A stretch of 64,000 bases of DNA from Haliotis rubra (lineage: Eukaryota), in NCBI RefSeq assembly GCF_003918875.1, contig NW_025767371.1:372001-436000 (forward strand), given 5' to 3'. The notes beneath the pieces were generated by a model, which was not told the DNA's origin, did not search any database, and was given only the letters and a program-made list of their open reading frames with translations. Each line of letters opens with the position of its first letter. Position 1 is the first letter of the stretch. Below are positions 1 through 11,834 of the stretch, in pieces. The translations under genes and the position numbers were made by a program.

Positions 1-195
1 CAGAAGAATGTATACAGATAGACAGGTAGCCGAGAACTAGCCGGTCCTATACAGTCAAGATATGACCCTGTATACATGACCCGGCATGTCTTGACTGTAC
101 TCTGAGTATAGGACGGTGTCGTGGCTCTCGGCTAATAGTCATGTTGACTAAATCTGTAAGATTACCAAAGACATTGCATAATTTCGATAACTTAC

Positions 196-268
196 TGATA
201 TAAAACTTCTGTTGAGTGCTGAAAATATCCTCTGTTGAGGATCTCGACCCATTACTTGTGTCCGTCAT
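196..268 (-). CDS. Possible first coding exon of a divergently transcribed gene running off the window
   Basis: ATG at 268 gives MTDTSNGSRSSTEDIFSTQQKFYI, followed by a consensus donor CA|GTAAGT at 195-190. Head-to-head with the gene at 881. No homology recognised. Confidence 0.3.
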
Positions 269-719
269 GACGAGGTGAAACAGTCAGTCTCGTTTTAACC
301 TTATCTGTCAGTTGTGAAACATCAACATGATAAACCACACTTCCTCATTCTGTCTCCAGCCGACCCGACAGTTTTAAAACTGTGATAATACGCATACAAA
401 ATCCAGATAAACAAATCCTTTAGTTACAGATAATTCATCTCTTCAAAATTGACAATTTTGTACAGGTTTCATAACATGTCACATCATTAAACAATCCAAG
501 GTGGAGACACGTGTTCAGATTGGGAGTATTTGTTGTGAGAGAAGACAAGGGTAGATAACTCTAATTAACCCCCACACATACGACGCTTCTTTGATCCCTC
601 CGTATTAACTGTTTGGGGCTTTTAATAGTCAATTTCATTTCGTCTAAATTGATTGACATTGTTATGAATGTGAAATTCATACTCTTTGATCATTTACATA
701 TTGACATATCATGATGACA

Positions 720-880
720 AGAATTCGGTTCAGGAGCGATGACCACGCCCCCTCGTGTGGACCCGGAAGCAATCGACGTATTGCACCATGTATTCGAAAC
801 CCGAATACATATGTAGTCGTCGGAGTTGGAGACCCACGATAGCATGTAAGGATTGAAGACGGTAACAGTTGTTTCAGGAA
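720..880 (+). promoter_or_regulatory. CpG-rich promoter/5' UTR region with GC-box and ETS-like motif
   Basis: CCACGCCCCC near 742 and CCGGAAG near 763, immediately upstream of the ATG at 881. Confidence 0.4.
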
Positions 881-3800
881 ATGATGGATAACGAAGAAGT
901 TCCACCCTTATCACCTGTAAAGCAAGTCGTGCGTAAAACTCTACTAATTGGTAAGTTAGTCACTATAGCAACTAGGGGAAGTAGAAGTAATTCACAGGTA
1001 ATAATATTGAAATTATTGCATGCTTAAATAGTTTTAAATGTCCAAGAGTTGATGCTGATGTTTTGGAAATTCCTGATTATTATATCCTGTAATATTTGTA
1101 CAACGTGTCAAGACATGTTGTTGTTAGCACGAATATTGTTCGTTAACCTTTATGGAACACCTTCACGCGCATGATCAATGCTGTTTACCGATTTTAAGAA
1201 CATTAAGGAAATAATAAAGAATTTAGTTTAGTCTGCCCTAAAGACATCCTCGCGACATAGTCAATGAGTGAGATTTTGTGCTTCTAGGAGCAAAATACCT
1301 GCCCTGTCCGAATGGGACGCCAGTGAGGGGCTGCCCATTTTTTACACACTTCCTGGTGGAATTCTAAATTAACATGACCCATTGTAATTCTAGTTAACAG
1401 CTAGTTAAATGTTACCTCACTATAAATAGCTAGGATTATTAAAGCCTACCTCATACAGTTATTATTGAATTTGGCTTATGTTTACACTGGAGAAGTTTGT
1501 TGCCCTAATTCAATATTATCATGTTACTACCATATTGGCATTAGCATCACATATTGGTATTATTAAATCTTGCTTACTTGAGACAGTAAGTTTTACCTGG
1601 AACTCAAAGAACATACCAGAGAGGGGCACACTGATTCTTGGAAACTTTAATCACCTGATATTTCACAGTGAAGTCAAGGTTAGAATTGCTCCCTACTACC
1701 TATGCTATTCAGACAGCTGCCAACTGATGACTTGGTTGTGAGTGTGTCATCATGACCTGACAGGAATCGTTGCTCATCCTGTCAACCACTGGTTTATCCG
1801 GTTCATGGCTTGTGGCTGACATCATGCTGGAATATTGGTGATTGTGTGGTGAATTAGAAGATGAATAAACCTCTAATGTACTTCACATTAACACAAGTCA
1901 TATGGACTTATATTTCATGTTGAGACCCATGAAGATCATTAGATCATTAGATTGGTATTCAACAACCTATGCTTGCTGAAAGAGGCGATTAACTGGATAG
2001 GATGGTCACTGGCTCGGTTGACACATGTCATTGTATCCTATTTGCATAGAGCGAAGCTCATGATAATAATTTGCGGCGCTTTTAATCAGATCTGATTCTT
2101 ATTACCCGGAAAACCCAAGCTGCCTGTTAGGCTAGAAGGTTATAGTCACATGACTTTATCCAACCGGGTACCCATTTTCTGCTGGGTGAACAGAGGCAAT
2201 TTGAACAAACTCACTTGCCTAAGGTGAGACCACATGTATCACATGTGCTTCATTGTGGGGCAGGACTAAAGTCCTAGAAACTCTCAGGAGTCAAGGTGCC
2301 AAACACGGTCATTATCCAAGGATTGTCTGAGCTCGACGTTGCTTAACTTCAACTGATTCGTGACCTGAGCTCTGTGCCCACAATCTGTGATGATAATTAC
2401 AGGATTGTCAGGTCCAGACTTGATAATTTACAGACTGCTGCCATATAGCTGGAATATTGCTGTATGACAACAATCAAACCAAACCAACCTTTTTTTGTAG
2501 AGAACATCGGTGTGGCAACAACAGTTGATGATCTGACTCGGTGTTTCGCCCCGGCCCTACAGAAGTGTGGTAAGGACCGCCCCCCAATACAGCTGGCTGT
2601 TGACAGGAAGGGGAGGTCCCTGGGGTATGCTACTGTCACTGTGCCCCTCAGCACGGTCGAGCTTTTCCTGGACTTCAATGACAGGTGAGTGACGACATTG
2701 GTGACATTGTTTCATGACTGAGTGAACAGGTCAGTAAGGGATTGAGTGGATAGGTCAGCAGGTGAGTGAGTCAGTGGGTGTGGCATGAGGGCATGATGGG
2801 TGTTATGAGGGGTAGGGCAGTGGGTGGTTGATTCAGATAGGTCAGTGGGTGAGCAGGGGTTGATGGGTGTTATCAGGGGGTAATCACAGTGGATGGTTGA
2901 TTCAGTAGGTCAGTGGGTGAGTGAGGGGTCTGATGGGTGTTATGAGGGGGTAGGGCAGTGGGTGGTTGATTCAGTAGGTCAGTGGGTGAGTGAAAGGTTG
3001 ATGGGTGTTATGAGGGGGTAGGGCAGTGGATGGTTGATTCAGTAGGTCAGTGGGTGTATGAGGGGGTTGATGGGTGTTATGAGGGGGTGGGTTAGTGTGT
3101 GGTTAATTCAGTAGGTCAGTGGGTGAGTGAGGGGGTTGATGGGTGTTGATGAGGGTAGGTCAGTGGATGGTTGAGTCAGTGGGTCAGTGTGTGGTTAGTC
3201 CAGTAGGTCAGTGGGTGAGTGAGGGGTTGATGGGTGGTGAGATGAGGGCAGTGGAGTAGTTGAGTTAGGAGGTCAGTGGGTGAGTGAGGGGGTTGAAGGG
3301 TGAGTGAGAGGAGGTAAGTGAGTGGGTGGTTAAGTCAGTGGGTGAGTGAGAGGTAGGTAGTGGATGGGTGGGTGGTGAGATGTTGGTGAATGAGTGGTAG
3401 GGCAGTGAGTAGTTGAGTCAGGTCAGTGGGTGAGTGAGAGGGTTGATAGGTGTTATGAGAGGGTAGGTCAGTGGATGGTTGAGTCAGTAGGTGAGTGGGT
3501 GAGTGAGAGAGGGTTGATGGGTGTTATGAGGGGGTAGGTCAGTGGGTGAGTGAGGGGGTAGGTGAGTGGGGGTTAAGTCAGTGGGTGAGTGAGGGGTAGG
3601 GCAGTGGGTGCATGGGTAGGTCAGTGGTAAGTGAGAGGTTGGTGAATGAGTGGTAGTCAGCAGTGAGTAGTGAGTCAGTAGGTCAGTGGGTGAGTGAGGG
3701 GTTGTAGGGTTAGTGAGAATGCATGGAAAGGGTTGATGAGAGTCTGAATGAGTAAGTCAGCAAGTGATTAAGGGCTGGAATCATGAATGGCTTGCTTGCA

Positions 3801-6800
3801 GCCTGCGTTGCCTCTGCCGTTTCATACAATAAACAATCCAAGTTATGAAATACACAATGCCATTTAGAAAATGTTCAAATGTAACATGTCAAATTTGTGA
3901 ATAAACTTTTTCAGTAAAGTACAGATTCTAGTATTTTGTTGGGATGGGTCTCATCCGGAATTCGAATCCACAACCTCAGAGTCAGACACCTAATAGCCAG
4001 CACACAATTCAGATGTCTAAGCCAGTCCGCCACAAAAGTCAGACAACTGGTAGTCTATCCAACTAAATAGTGATATTGTTACTAAGCCCCAGTCTGATTG
4101 AAAGAAAATGCTACCATCACATTTGAGGTGCCTGTGTTGCCAAACTTGTTTCAAGTAAAAAGCAACATTTCATCATTTACCAAGACTTCTATTAACATTC
4201 GCAGCAATATTACATAGGGGAGAGGGTAGCAAGTGTTATAAAACTACAGATCCCTATGTTCTAGGTACATCAACAATGACAAGATCAGAGTGACACTGGG
4301 AGACAAGCGTGTTGGCACTTGGCAGTCCGTAGGGAATGGGGTGTTCATGTCCTCAAAAGCCAGGAGGTCGACTGTGGACACCGTCACCTGCAACACCATG
4401 CTCAATCATGGCCTCATCGATGGTGGAATGTATCTCACACACAAGAAGGTCAAGGTGCCCGATCATGTCGTAGCAGCGGCTCTCACAGATGGTACGCTGA
4501 GACTAGTGTCATCATTCATATCTGGAACGTCTTGAAGACTCCTGTTGGCATGTATTGTTTAAAAATTAAACAACTGACAATCGGTTTTACAAGTCATGGT
4601 TCCAGGAAATATGTTTGTGTTCCAGGATATATATACTGAGGGAAACAAATACAGGAACACTACTTCATGGCAGTGTTTCGTTATTTATTCTCAAATGTCC
4701 TCCCTCAGCGCTATTCAAATCTGGTTATGAAAACTGGAAAATATTAAAGGAACTCTTAAATTTTCCTGGGTTCCTTTATTTGTTTCTCTCAGTATATATA
4801 CTGTACTGTTCACTATGGTCAGTATCCACCTGAAGAAGGGGCAAGAACTAGTTGTTGTTATCCATAAGATTTGTCTTGTATTCACTACACCAACTTCTAA
4901 ATGCCTTTAGAGTGGTGGGGTAGCCTAGTGGTTAAAGTGTTTGCTTGTCATGCCGAAGACCCGGGTTCAATTCCCCACATGGATACAATGTGTGAAACCC
5001 ATTTCTTGTGTTCCCCCGCTGTGATATTGCTGCAATATTGCTAAAAGCGGGGTAAAACTTTACTCACCCCACTCTAAATGCCTGTGAATAATTTCCATGA
5101 TGTTGGTGAGGAAAGTATGAGTTCTACTGCCTTGTAGACAGGGTCATGAAGGTATTTCCTTAGACATGCATTTAACTTACAATCGTGGGTTTGAATCCTT
5201 TTCAGGTCTGTCTGCTCGGACATGGCCTTTACTACCTCAGGCTATCCTCACACTTTAAGAATAAATGTCACAATATTTAATAAATAAATTGCTGTTGAAA
5301 GCTACATTTAGGCAAATTCACAGAAGCTCTATCTCGGTGATTCTAGGCAAAGCCATTTTGTTTTAGTTGTTTGTTTAAACGATACACTCAATATTGTGCC
5401 AGCTACATGATTTGTAATCATTCAAGTTTGGACCTGACATCCGGTGATCATGAGCATTTATCTACACAGTTGGGATATAATGATATACATCAACCACTCA
5501 GTAAGCTTGATCACCTGATCCTGTTAGTCACCTCTTACTGCAAGCACCAGGGTTGCTGAATATCAGTTCTAACCCAGACCCTCATCAGTCTTGTAGGTAG
5601 TATGTTCATACACTGGCCATATTCTTGACAGGTACAGAGAAGCTGGTGTCCTTAGGAAAGTCTGTCTTTCACAGCCAGGAGGCCCTAAAGCTCACCCGAC
5701 TATTTTCTGGGACAGTCTATTGTACAACAGGTAGGTCATGTCAGTCAGGGAACAGTCTACTGTACAAGAGGCGAAGTCTTACCCAGGAACAGTCTGATAT
5801 TACAAAAGACAGCCTGGCATTACTTGCTGTGGTCCTCACAATACTGCTGACAAATCAAATGTCATATGATGATTGAACCTGTACAGCGTTACCAAAATAT
5901 TGGAGGATTCTTGTACATCATGCCTGTAGAATATTGTATCATTGAACTGCTTCCGTGGTGAGACCGTCGGCCGGAATTGTCCCGTTAAAATATGGTATGC
6001 TTCATGTACTTGTTGGTCCCTGCCTGGCGTTCGGGATTAATGGGTACAACAAGGACTGGTCGGCTCGGAGTCAGTATAATGTGTCTGATTGGGGTATTCA
6101 TGCTTAACTGCGGCATGGTATCTCAGTGGGCTAGCACTATAAAACCAGCTTAAGTCTGGTCTAGTAGAAACAGCCACACATACACACGCATACATGTCAT
6201 ATGAATGAAATATTCGTAAGTGCGGCGTTTATACCTCATGTCACCTCACCTATTGTATCATTGAGTAGCTTCAATGTAAAATAATGCTAGGTATTGAAAT
6301 ATATACAGTGGTCAGAGAACGGAGTTATCCACATGCCTTCCCTGGTGTTGTAGGTGTCAGCCCACAGAATGCTGTGTTCTGGACAGATGAAACCTCACAC
6401 CAACTAGAGGAGGTTGCCAAGAGCCCAGGCTGTGTCGCCATTGGCCCGTGTGGGTATGACCTGAGTACGGACAAGATGGTCGACACAGCTGTTCAACAGC
6501 TGCAGGCGTTTGAAGCACAGGTAACAACCGGGAGGTTTGGTCAGGTTGACGTTGCTTGAAGATCACGTGGTGGCAATTGTGTGACGTATCTATGTGAAAC
6601 TGTCACACCGTGATAGCGTTGGTTGTTGCTTACACTGTCTAGCACTGTTTTTCCTCACTGTCTCAGAATAGATCACTGTGTCATGGTAGAAAAAATACTG
6701 GCTGCACTTTTTCAATTTCACATTCCTACTTACTTCTTGACAGATGTTCAGTGAATGTCTGCAAGAACTCTTTGTTCTTTGTAAAATGCAAACTATATTT

Positions 6801-9096
6801 CAGTATTACTAGCTATATACCGGTAGTTAATGTTTTAACTGATGGGCTGTCTGGCTGTGTGGCAAGAGTTGCTTCCCTTGTTTCAAGTTGGAAATGCCAC
6901 TAACCTTGTGAAAGGTGGCCCCACTATTGCACTGACAGCATGAGGTGAACTCCCCTGATCTTGTATCTCCAGCCACATTGACCTTCACAGTGGGTGTACT
7001 GGCTTGTTGTGGGCCACTCATGTTGCTTTGCATCTGTTACAATGTTACCTGTTGACAGCAGCTGTTTCACCCACAAATACACCAGATTGATCATCAGATA
7101 GTATAAATGCCTCCTATTTATATATCTTGGTTGATCAGGAGCCATTTTTAAAGTGTTTAATTATGAAATAAGTGCAAATTAACCGGATAATCATGCATTA
7201 TTCGGACAAACATATGTGTGAAGCTTATTTCCTTATTATTTGTAAGTTTTCAGACCTTATATGTTGCTCTCGTCATGTCTACTTGTCAAATTAAACACTA
7301 GACATAGTTCTTGAAATACAAAATGAAAGATGACAACAATGCTGGCATCCCTCGCTATAACCCGGGTCTTGAGGTCCATGAATGAACCTCCCCGTTATGA
7401 GACACCTGCGTATTAAACACGGAATAAAGACCAAGTAATATGATATTTTCCACGAGGACTGCAAAACTGCTATTTAGTACGTAAGTAGGACTTAAAGTGA
7501 CAGAACGTTCCTATGTTTAGCATCAATGGACTCTGTGCGTGCGTGTGTATGTGGGTGTGTGCGTGTGTGCAAGTGTGTACCAAGTGTTATACTGACTTTA
7601 TCTGTCCCCAGATTCAGCTGGCTATCCGTCTTAACATGCCCCTCGTTGTGTGTGAGACCATGGCCAAATCGGAGGTGATGTCGCTCCTCACATCATACAA
7701 GGACAAGCTGCCACGGGTTGCAATCCTCACGAAACCAGCCAGCTTAGATGTGATCACAGACTATTTGGATCATGGGTTTTACTTCTTTGTACATGGTTAG
7801 TTCTTGATTTGTCTGTCTACTGAACATCTGAATGGCTCATCAGAGTTTAAAATTCTCCATAAAATCTACAAGTCTAGATTCAGTGAAATAGAAACAAACA
7901 GGACACCACCGAGGCCATGGCATGTGGACTCGTGGGAGACTCTGTTACATTAATGCTAATTGTTCTTTGAATATGTGTAAACGTTGGTCTTAATGGTGGT
8001 GAGAAATTAAGACCTCAATTCAATTGTCCACAGGAAACAGTTATAATCAGTTACCAATGTGTAAGCTATAAAGCCTCTGTGGCAGACAGATTAGTGATGT
8101 CATTTGATTGTGATGTCATAGTTAAAGTGATATCTCATAGGAGATTGTGCCATCTCAGCCATCTGATGTCGGTGGTTGATAAGTTGATAAACATTACACA
8201 TAGAATACACATTGTATGAAGTTTGCAATCTTGTAGGTCACTTGTGGCTGCCCGGGTCAAGCAGCCCTGTCTGGATTTGGCTCAAGAACTGTACCCCAGA
8301 ACAGCTGACTAGAGTGGTGGTGTCCAGCCAGATGCCAACGTCAGGATGCCCGACCAGGATGTCCGTCCTGTGTGACATCATCATTCAAGCACTGGAGAAA
8401 GATGAGGGTGATGTGAGGGGAATCCTCAGGGACAACACTGTCAGGTTTTATGGTCTATCTGACAGGGAGACTGATGGTGTTACTGAGGATGGAGGTAGCA
8501 ATGTTGTTGCTGCTGAAGTTGGATCACATGGAGAGGAAGAGGGTGGTATAAGTATTGACAGTAGCCTTGTTCATCCAACTGTGAGCTGTGAAGTAGCAGA
8601 GAGTGACAGTGTCCAAGTGTCAGCTGATGTCAAGGTTGTACCTGCTGATGATGAGTGTGAATGTCTAGGTGATGTTCACTCCACTTCATCACTTGTTGGG
8701 GAGGAAGATCGAAGTGTAGAGGACAGATATTCTGACCATGAAACAGGACATCTTGTGTCTGATGAAGCAGACGTCAGTTCTTCAAAAGTCAGAACAAAGG
8801 CACAACATGATGAGGGACAAGCAGACGTCAGTTCTTCAAAAGTCGGAACAAAGGCTCAACATGATGAGGGACAAGCAGACGTCAGTTCTTCAAAAGTCAG
8901 AACAAAGGCACAACATGATGAGGGACAAACAGATGTCAGTTGTTCCAGTGTTGGATCAAACATTAGTGTGCCAGAAGTCTGTAGCCAGAAAGATAGAGAT
9001 GGAACTGTGAATGTTGAAACTAATTGGACCTACAGGATTCTGTTGTGGTTGGCTTTCATCAGTGGACTAACAGCAATGTATTTCTATGGCAACTGA
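881..9096 (+). CDS. 7-exon gene: RRM + catalytically degenerate TatD-like domain + acidic repeat linker + C-terminal transmembrane anchor (596 aa)
   Basis: Exons 881-950, 2501-2684, 4265-4491, 5632-5730, 6354-6520, 7612-7795, 8237-9096. All introns are GT-AG with matching phases; total 1791 nt. RRM: RNP2-like TLLIENI..TTVDDLTRCF, RNP1-like RSLGYATV, then FNDRYINNDKIRV. TatD-like blocks: LIDGGMYLT, TGVSP, VAIGPCGYD, QLQAFEAQIQLAIRLNMPLVV, DKLPRVAI, DNTVRFYGL. Ends ILLWLAFISGLTAMYFYGN. AATAAA at 9186-9191. Confidence 0.9.
2065..2395 (-). mobile_element. 5S rRNA-derived SINE nested in a family B element
   Basis: Minus strand contains 5S-like GAAGTTAAGCAACGTCGAGCTCAGACAATCCTTGGATAATGACC, then a CORE/Deu-like segment (CCTTAGGCAAGTG...CACCCAGCAGAAAATGGGTACC); TSD atgataat. 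Confidence 0.6.
2740..3720. repeat. G/T-rich degenerate minisatellite (about 60-bp period) in intron 2 of the RRM-TatD gene
   Basis: Recurrent taggtcagtgggtgagtgagggggttgatgggtgttatgagg. Confidence 0.9.
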
Positions 9097-9354
9097 GCAT
9101 GGCTTGTCTTATTCCAATGCTGGTTCCAGCAAGGGTAGGGGGTTCTGTGGCTGGTTCTTGGTGTCAGGTTGACACAAAACTGTACAATAAACCTATGTAT
9201 TTGTTGTGTTTATAAACTTGATAAAATTTAATAAATCTAAATTCATATATATTTATGTTTGAGTGGCATCTAGGGAATAGTGATTGTGGTTATGCATTTC
9301 CTGCGGGTAAATTCAACCTATAGTAAAGGACATGGGACCTATTGGGACAAACAT

Positions 9355-10440
9355 GAGTGAGGAAGGAAGGATGGGTTGGTGGATGTGTTGTTGGTTGGGT
9401 GAGTGAGGTAGAGGAAGGAAGGGGGGTTAGTGGATGGGTTGTTGGTTGGGTGAGTGAGGTAGAGGAAGGAAGGGGGGGTTAGTGGATGGGTTGTTGGTTG
9501 GGTGAGTGAGAGGTAGAGGAAGGAGGGGGGTTAGTGGATGGGTTGTTGGTTGGGTGAGTGAGGTAGAGGAAGGAGGGGGTTAGTGGAAGGGGGTTGTTGG
9601 ATGGGTGAGGTAGAGGTTGGAAGGGGAGTGAGTGGATGGGTTGTTGGTTGGGTGAGGAGTTAGAGTGAAGGAGGGGGTTGGTGGAATGGGTTGTTGGTTG
9701 GGTGAGTGAGGTAGAGGAAGGAGGGGGGGTTGGTGAATGGGTTGTTGGTTGGGTGAGTGAGGTAGAGAAAGGAAGGGGGATTGGTAGATGGGTTGTTGGT
9801 TGGGTGAGTGAGTGAGAGGGATGTGTGGTGGCTTGGTGGATGGGTTGTTGGTTGGGCGAGTGAGTGAGAGGGATGTATGGTGGGTTGGTGGATGGGTTGT
9901 TGGTTGGGTGAGTGAGGTAGAGGCAGGAAGGGTTGGTTGGTGGATGGGTTGATGGTTGGGTGAGTGAGGTAGAGGAAGGAAGGGGGTTGGTGGATGGGTT
10001 GTTGGTTGGGTGAGTGAGGTGAGGTGAGGTGAAATTGGGTTTTATGTCGTGCTTGAGAATATTTTGCTCATATGTGTGTATGTGTATGTGCGGCTGCTTG
10101 TACTAGCCCAGACTTAAGCTGGTTTTATAGTGCTAGCCCACTGAGATACCATGCCACAGTGAAGCATGAATACCCCACTCAGACACATTATACTGACTCC
10201 GAGCCGACCAGTCCTTGTTGTACCCATTATTCCCGAGCGCCAGGCAGGGACCAACAAGTACCATATTTTAACGTCTTTTGGTATGAAGCGTTCGTGAATC
10301 GAACCCGCGACCTTCCGCTCTCCCGGCGGACGCTCTAACCACTACACCATGGAGGCGGTCTGGGTGAGTGAGGTAGAGAAAGGAAGGGTGGGTTGGGTTG
10401 TTGGTTGGGTGAGTGAGAAGGATATGTGGTGTGTTGGTGG
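9355..10440. repeat. G-rich minisatellite (about 45-bp period) interrupted by a family C SINE
   Basis: Recurrent gtggatgggttgttggttgggtgagtgaggtagaggaaggagggg. Confidence 0.9.
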
Positions 10441-10645
10441 ATGGACATCTGGGCTGGTAACTTCAAACACTTAACAGCCCGGAAGAGATTTAACCAGTCC
10501 TTGTTAAATACTAAATAGACAGTGCCAATGGACACATTATCTGAATATGTTTTTTCACCTGTCCATCGGGTTGGCTAGCTGTAATATTAGACCCTCCGGC
10601 AAAAATCTAGCCCGTCTTGCGCTGTCGGACGGGCCTTATTTCATA

Positions 10646-11834
10646 CACTGAGTATTCCCTGAAATTATTGAGAAAGTTGTTTCAGCAAATATCTAATACA
10701 TGTATATAACTATAGAAGTTTTACTTAAATAAATATGTTGAGATATATGATTCTCTTACAGTCTTAGTGTCATTCCAGTACGTTGTGAGACTTAATATTC
10801 GACAATATCCTCAATATTGTAAAGTTCTTTTTGGTTTATTCTGACCTTCAGTCTGAAACTTGAACATTTTCGTCCGACAACCACTGTTTTGTGTAGCCCG
10901 CAGTGTATTTTGGGTCGTTATCACGCTAGAAAATCCAATTATATTCACACAGTGTTCGGGTCGATGGAAGGAGGTGACCATTTAAGATCTCAACATATCG
11001 TTCCTTTGTCAAATTTCCAGTGAAAACACACAACGGCGTCACTCCATATGATGATGTCATGTAATGAATGCCTGTATTATCATTATCTCCATAAATATAT
11101 CTACATGTGAAACTTCGGGTTATGTTTTGGGCGTTGGTAGATAGGATTAACAGTATCTTTTGTCAAAATTTTCACACAGTTCGAAAAAAGCCAGACAGAA
11201 CTTTCATCAGAAAAGATAACTTTATACCTATCTTGATTTTTGTGAACCCTACACTAGTTTAAACGTCTTTCTTTTTGCTCATCTTTCATCAATGGTGAGG
11301 GAATTCCGTGCTTTTTCTCCTAGTTAAGTCTTTGTAATTCTTGTCTAAGAGTTTCATTACATACCTGAGGACTTCCTCTATTAATCGTCTCGTTTCTGAT
11401 ATTCTCAACGCTTTCAATTTTCCCCTTCTCACAATCTGTCCAAGTCGCCGGCAATCCCTGAACTTCCGTGGCCTCCCTGCCCCTGTCTTGTGCTTAATCC
11501 CAACTCTTGACTGAATATTCTTCAAAGTTCTGTATACTGTAGACAGAGGAATCTCATGTCTACCAGCTAACTCTTTTGCATTAGTCACACCCCATTCAAA
11601 ATCATCTAGAATCAGCTTTCTTTGTCTTCTGCTGTCAAATTTGCCGTGTCAACGAAGAAAGCCATTGTTACACCGGGGGGAGATAACTCTCGACGTAGTA
11701 AGGTTCATTCTTAAGCCTACAAGAGTTGCCTCCCATGTTGAGTACCCATACTACATATTGTAACACCTATTTTAATATTCTATTATCAGTATTAGGAAAC
11801 AAAGATTTTCTCAATAATTTCTGGGAAAACTGTG
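10646..11834 (-). mobile_element. Decayed Tc1/mariner DNA transposon
   Basis: Imperfect TIRs (ttccc(t/a)gaaattattgagaaa) at both ends; HTH transposase N-terminus in ORF 11289-11588 (LSTVYR...GAGRPRK); FSDES remnant. Confidence 0.8.

Noticed and set aside
8738-9010. Overlapping alternative-frame repeat ORF in the last RRM-TatD exon
   Set aside because: A by-product of the 54-bp repeat being stop-free in a second frame; no independent evidence.
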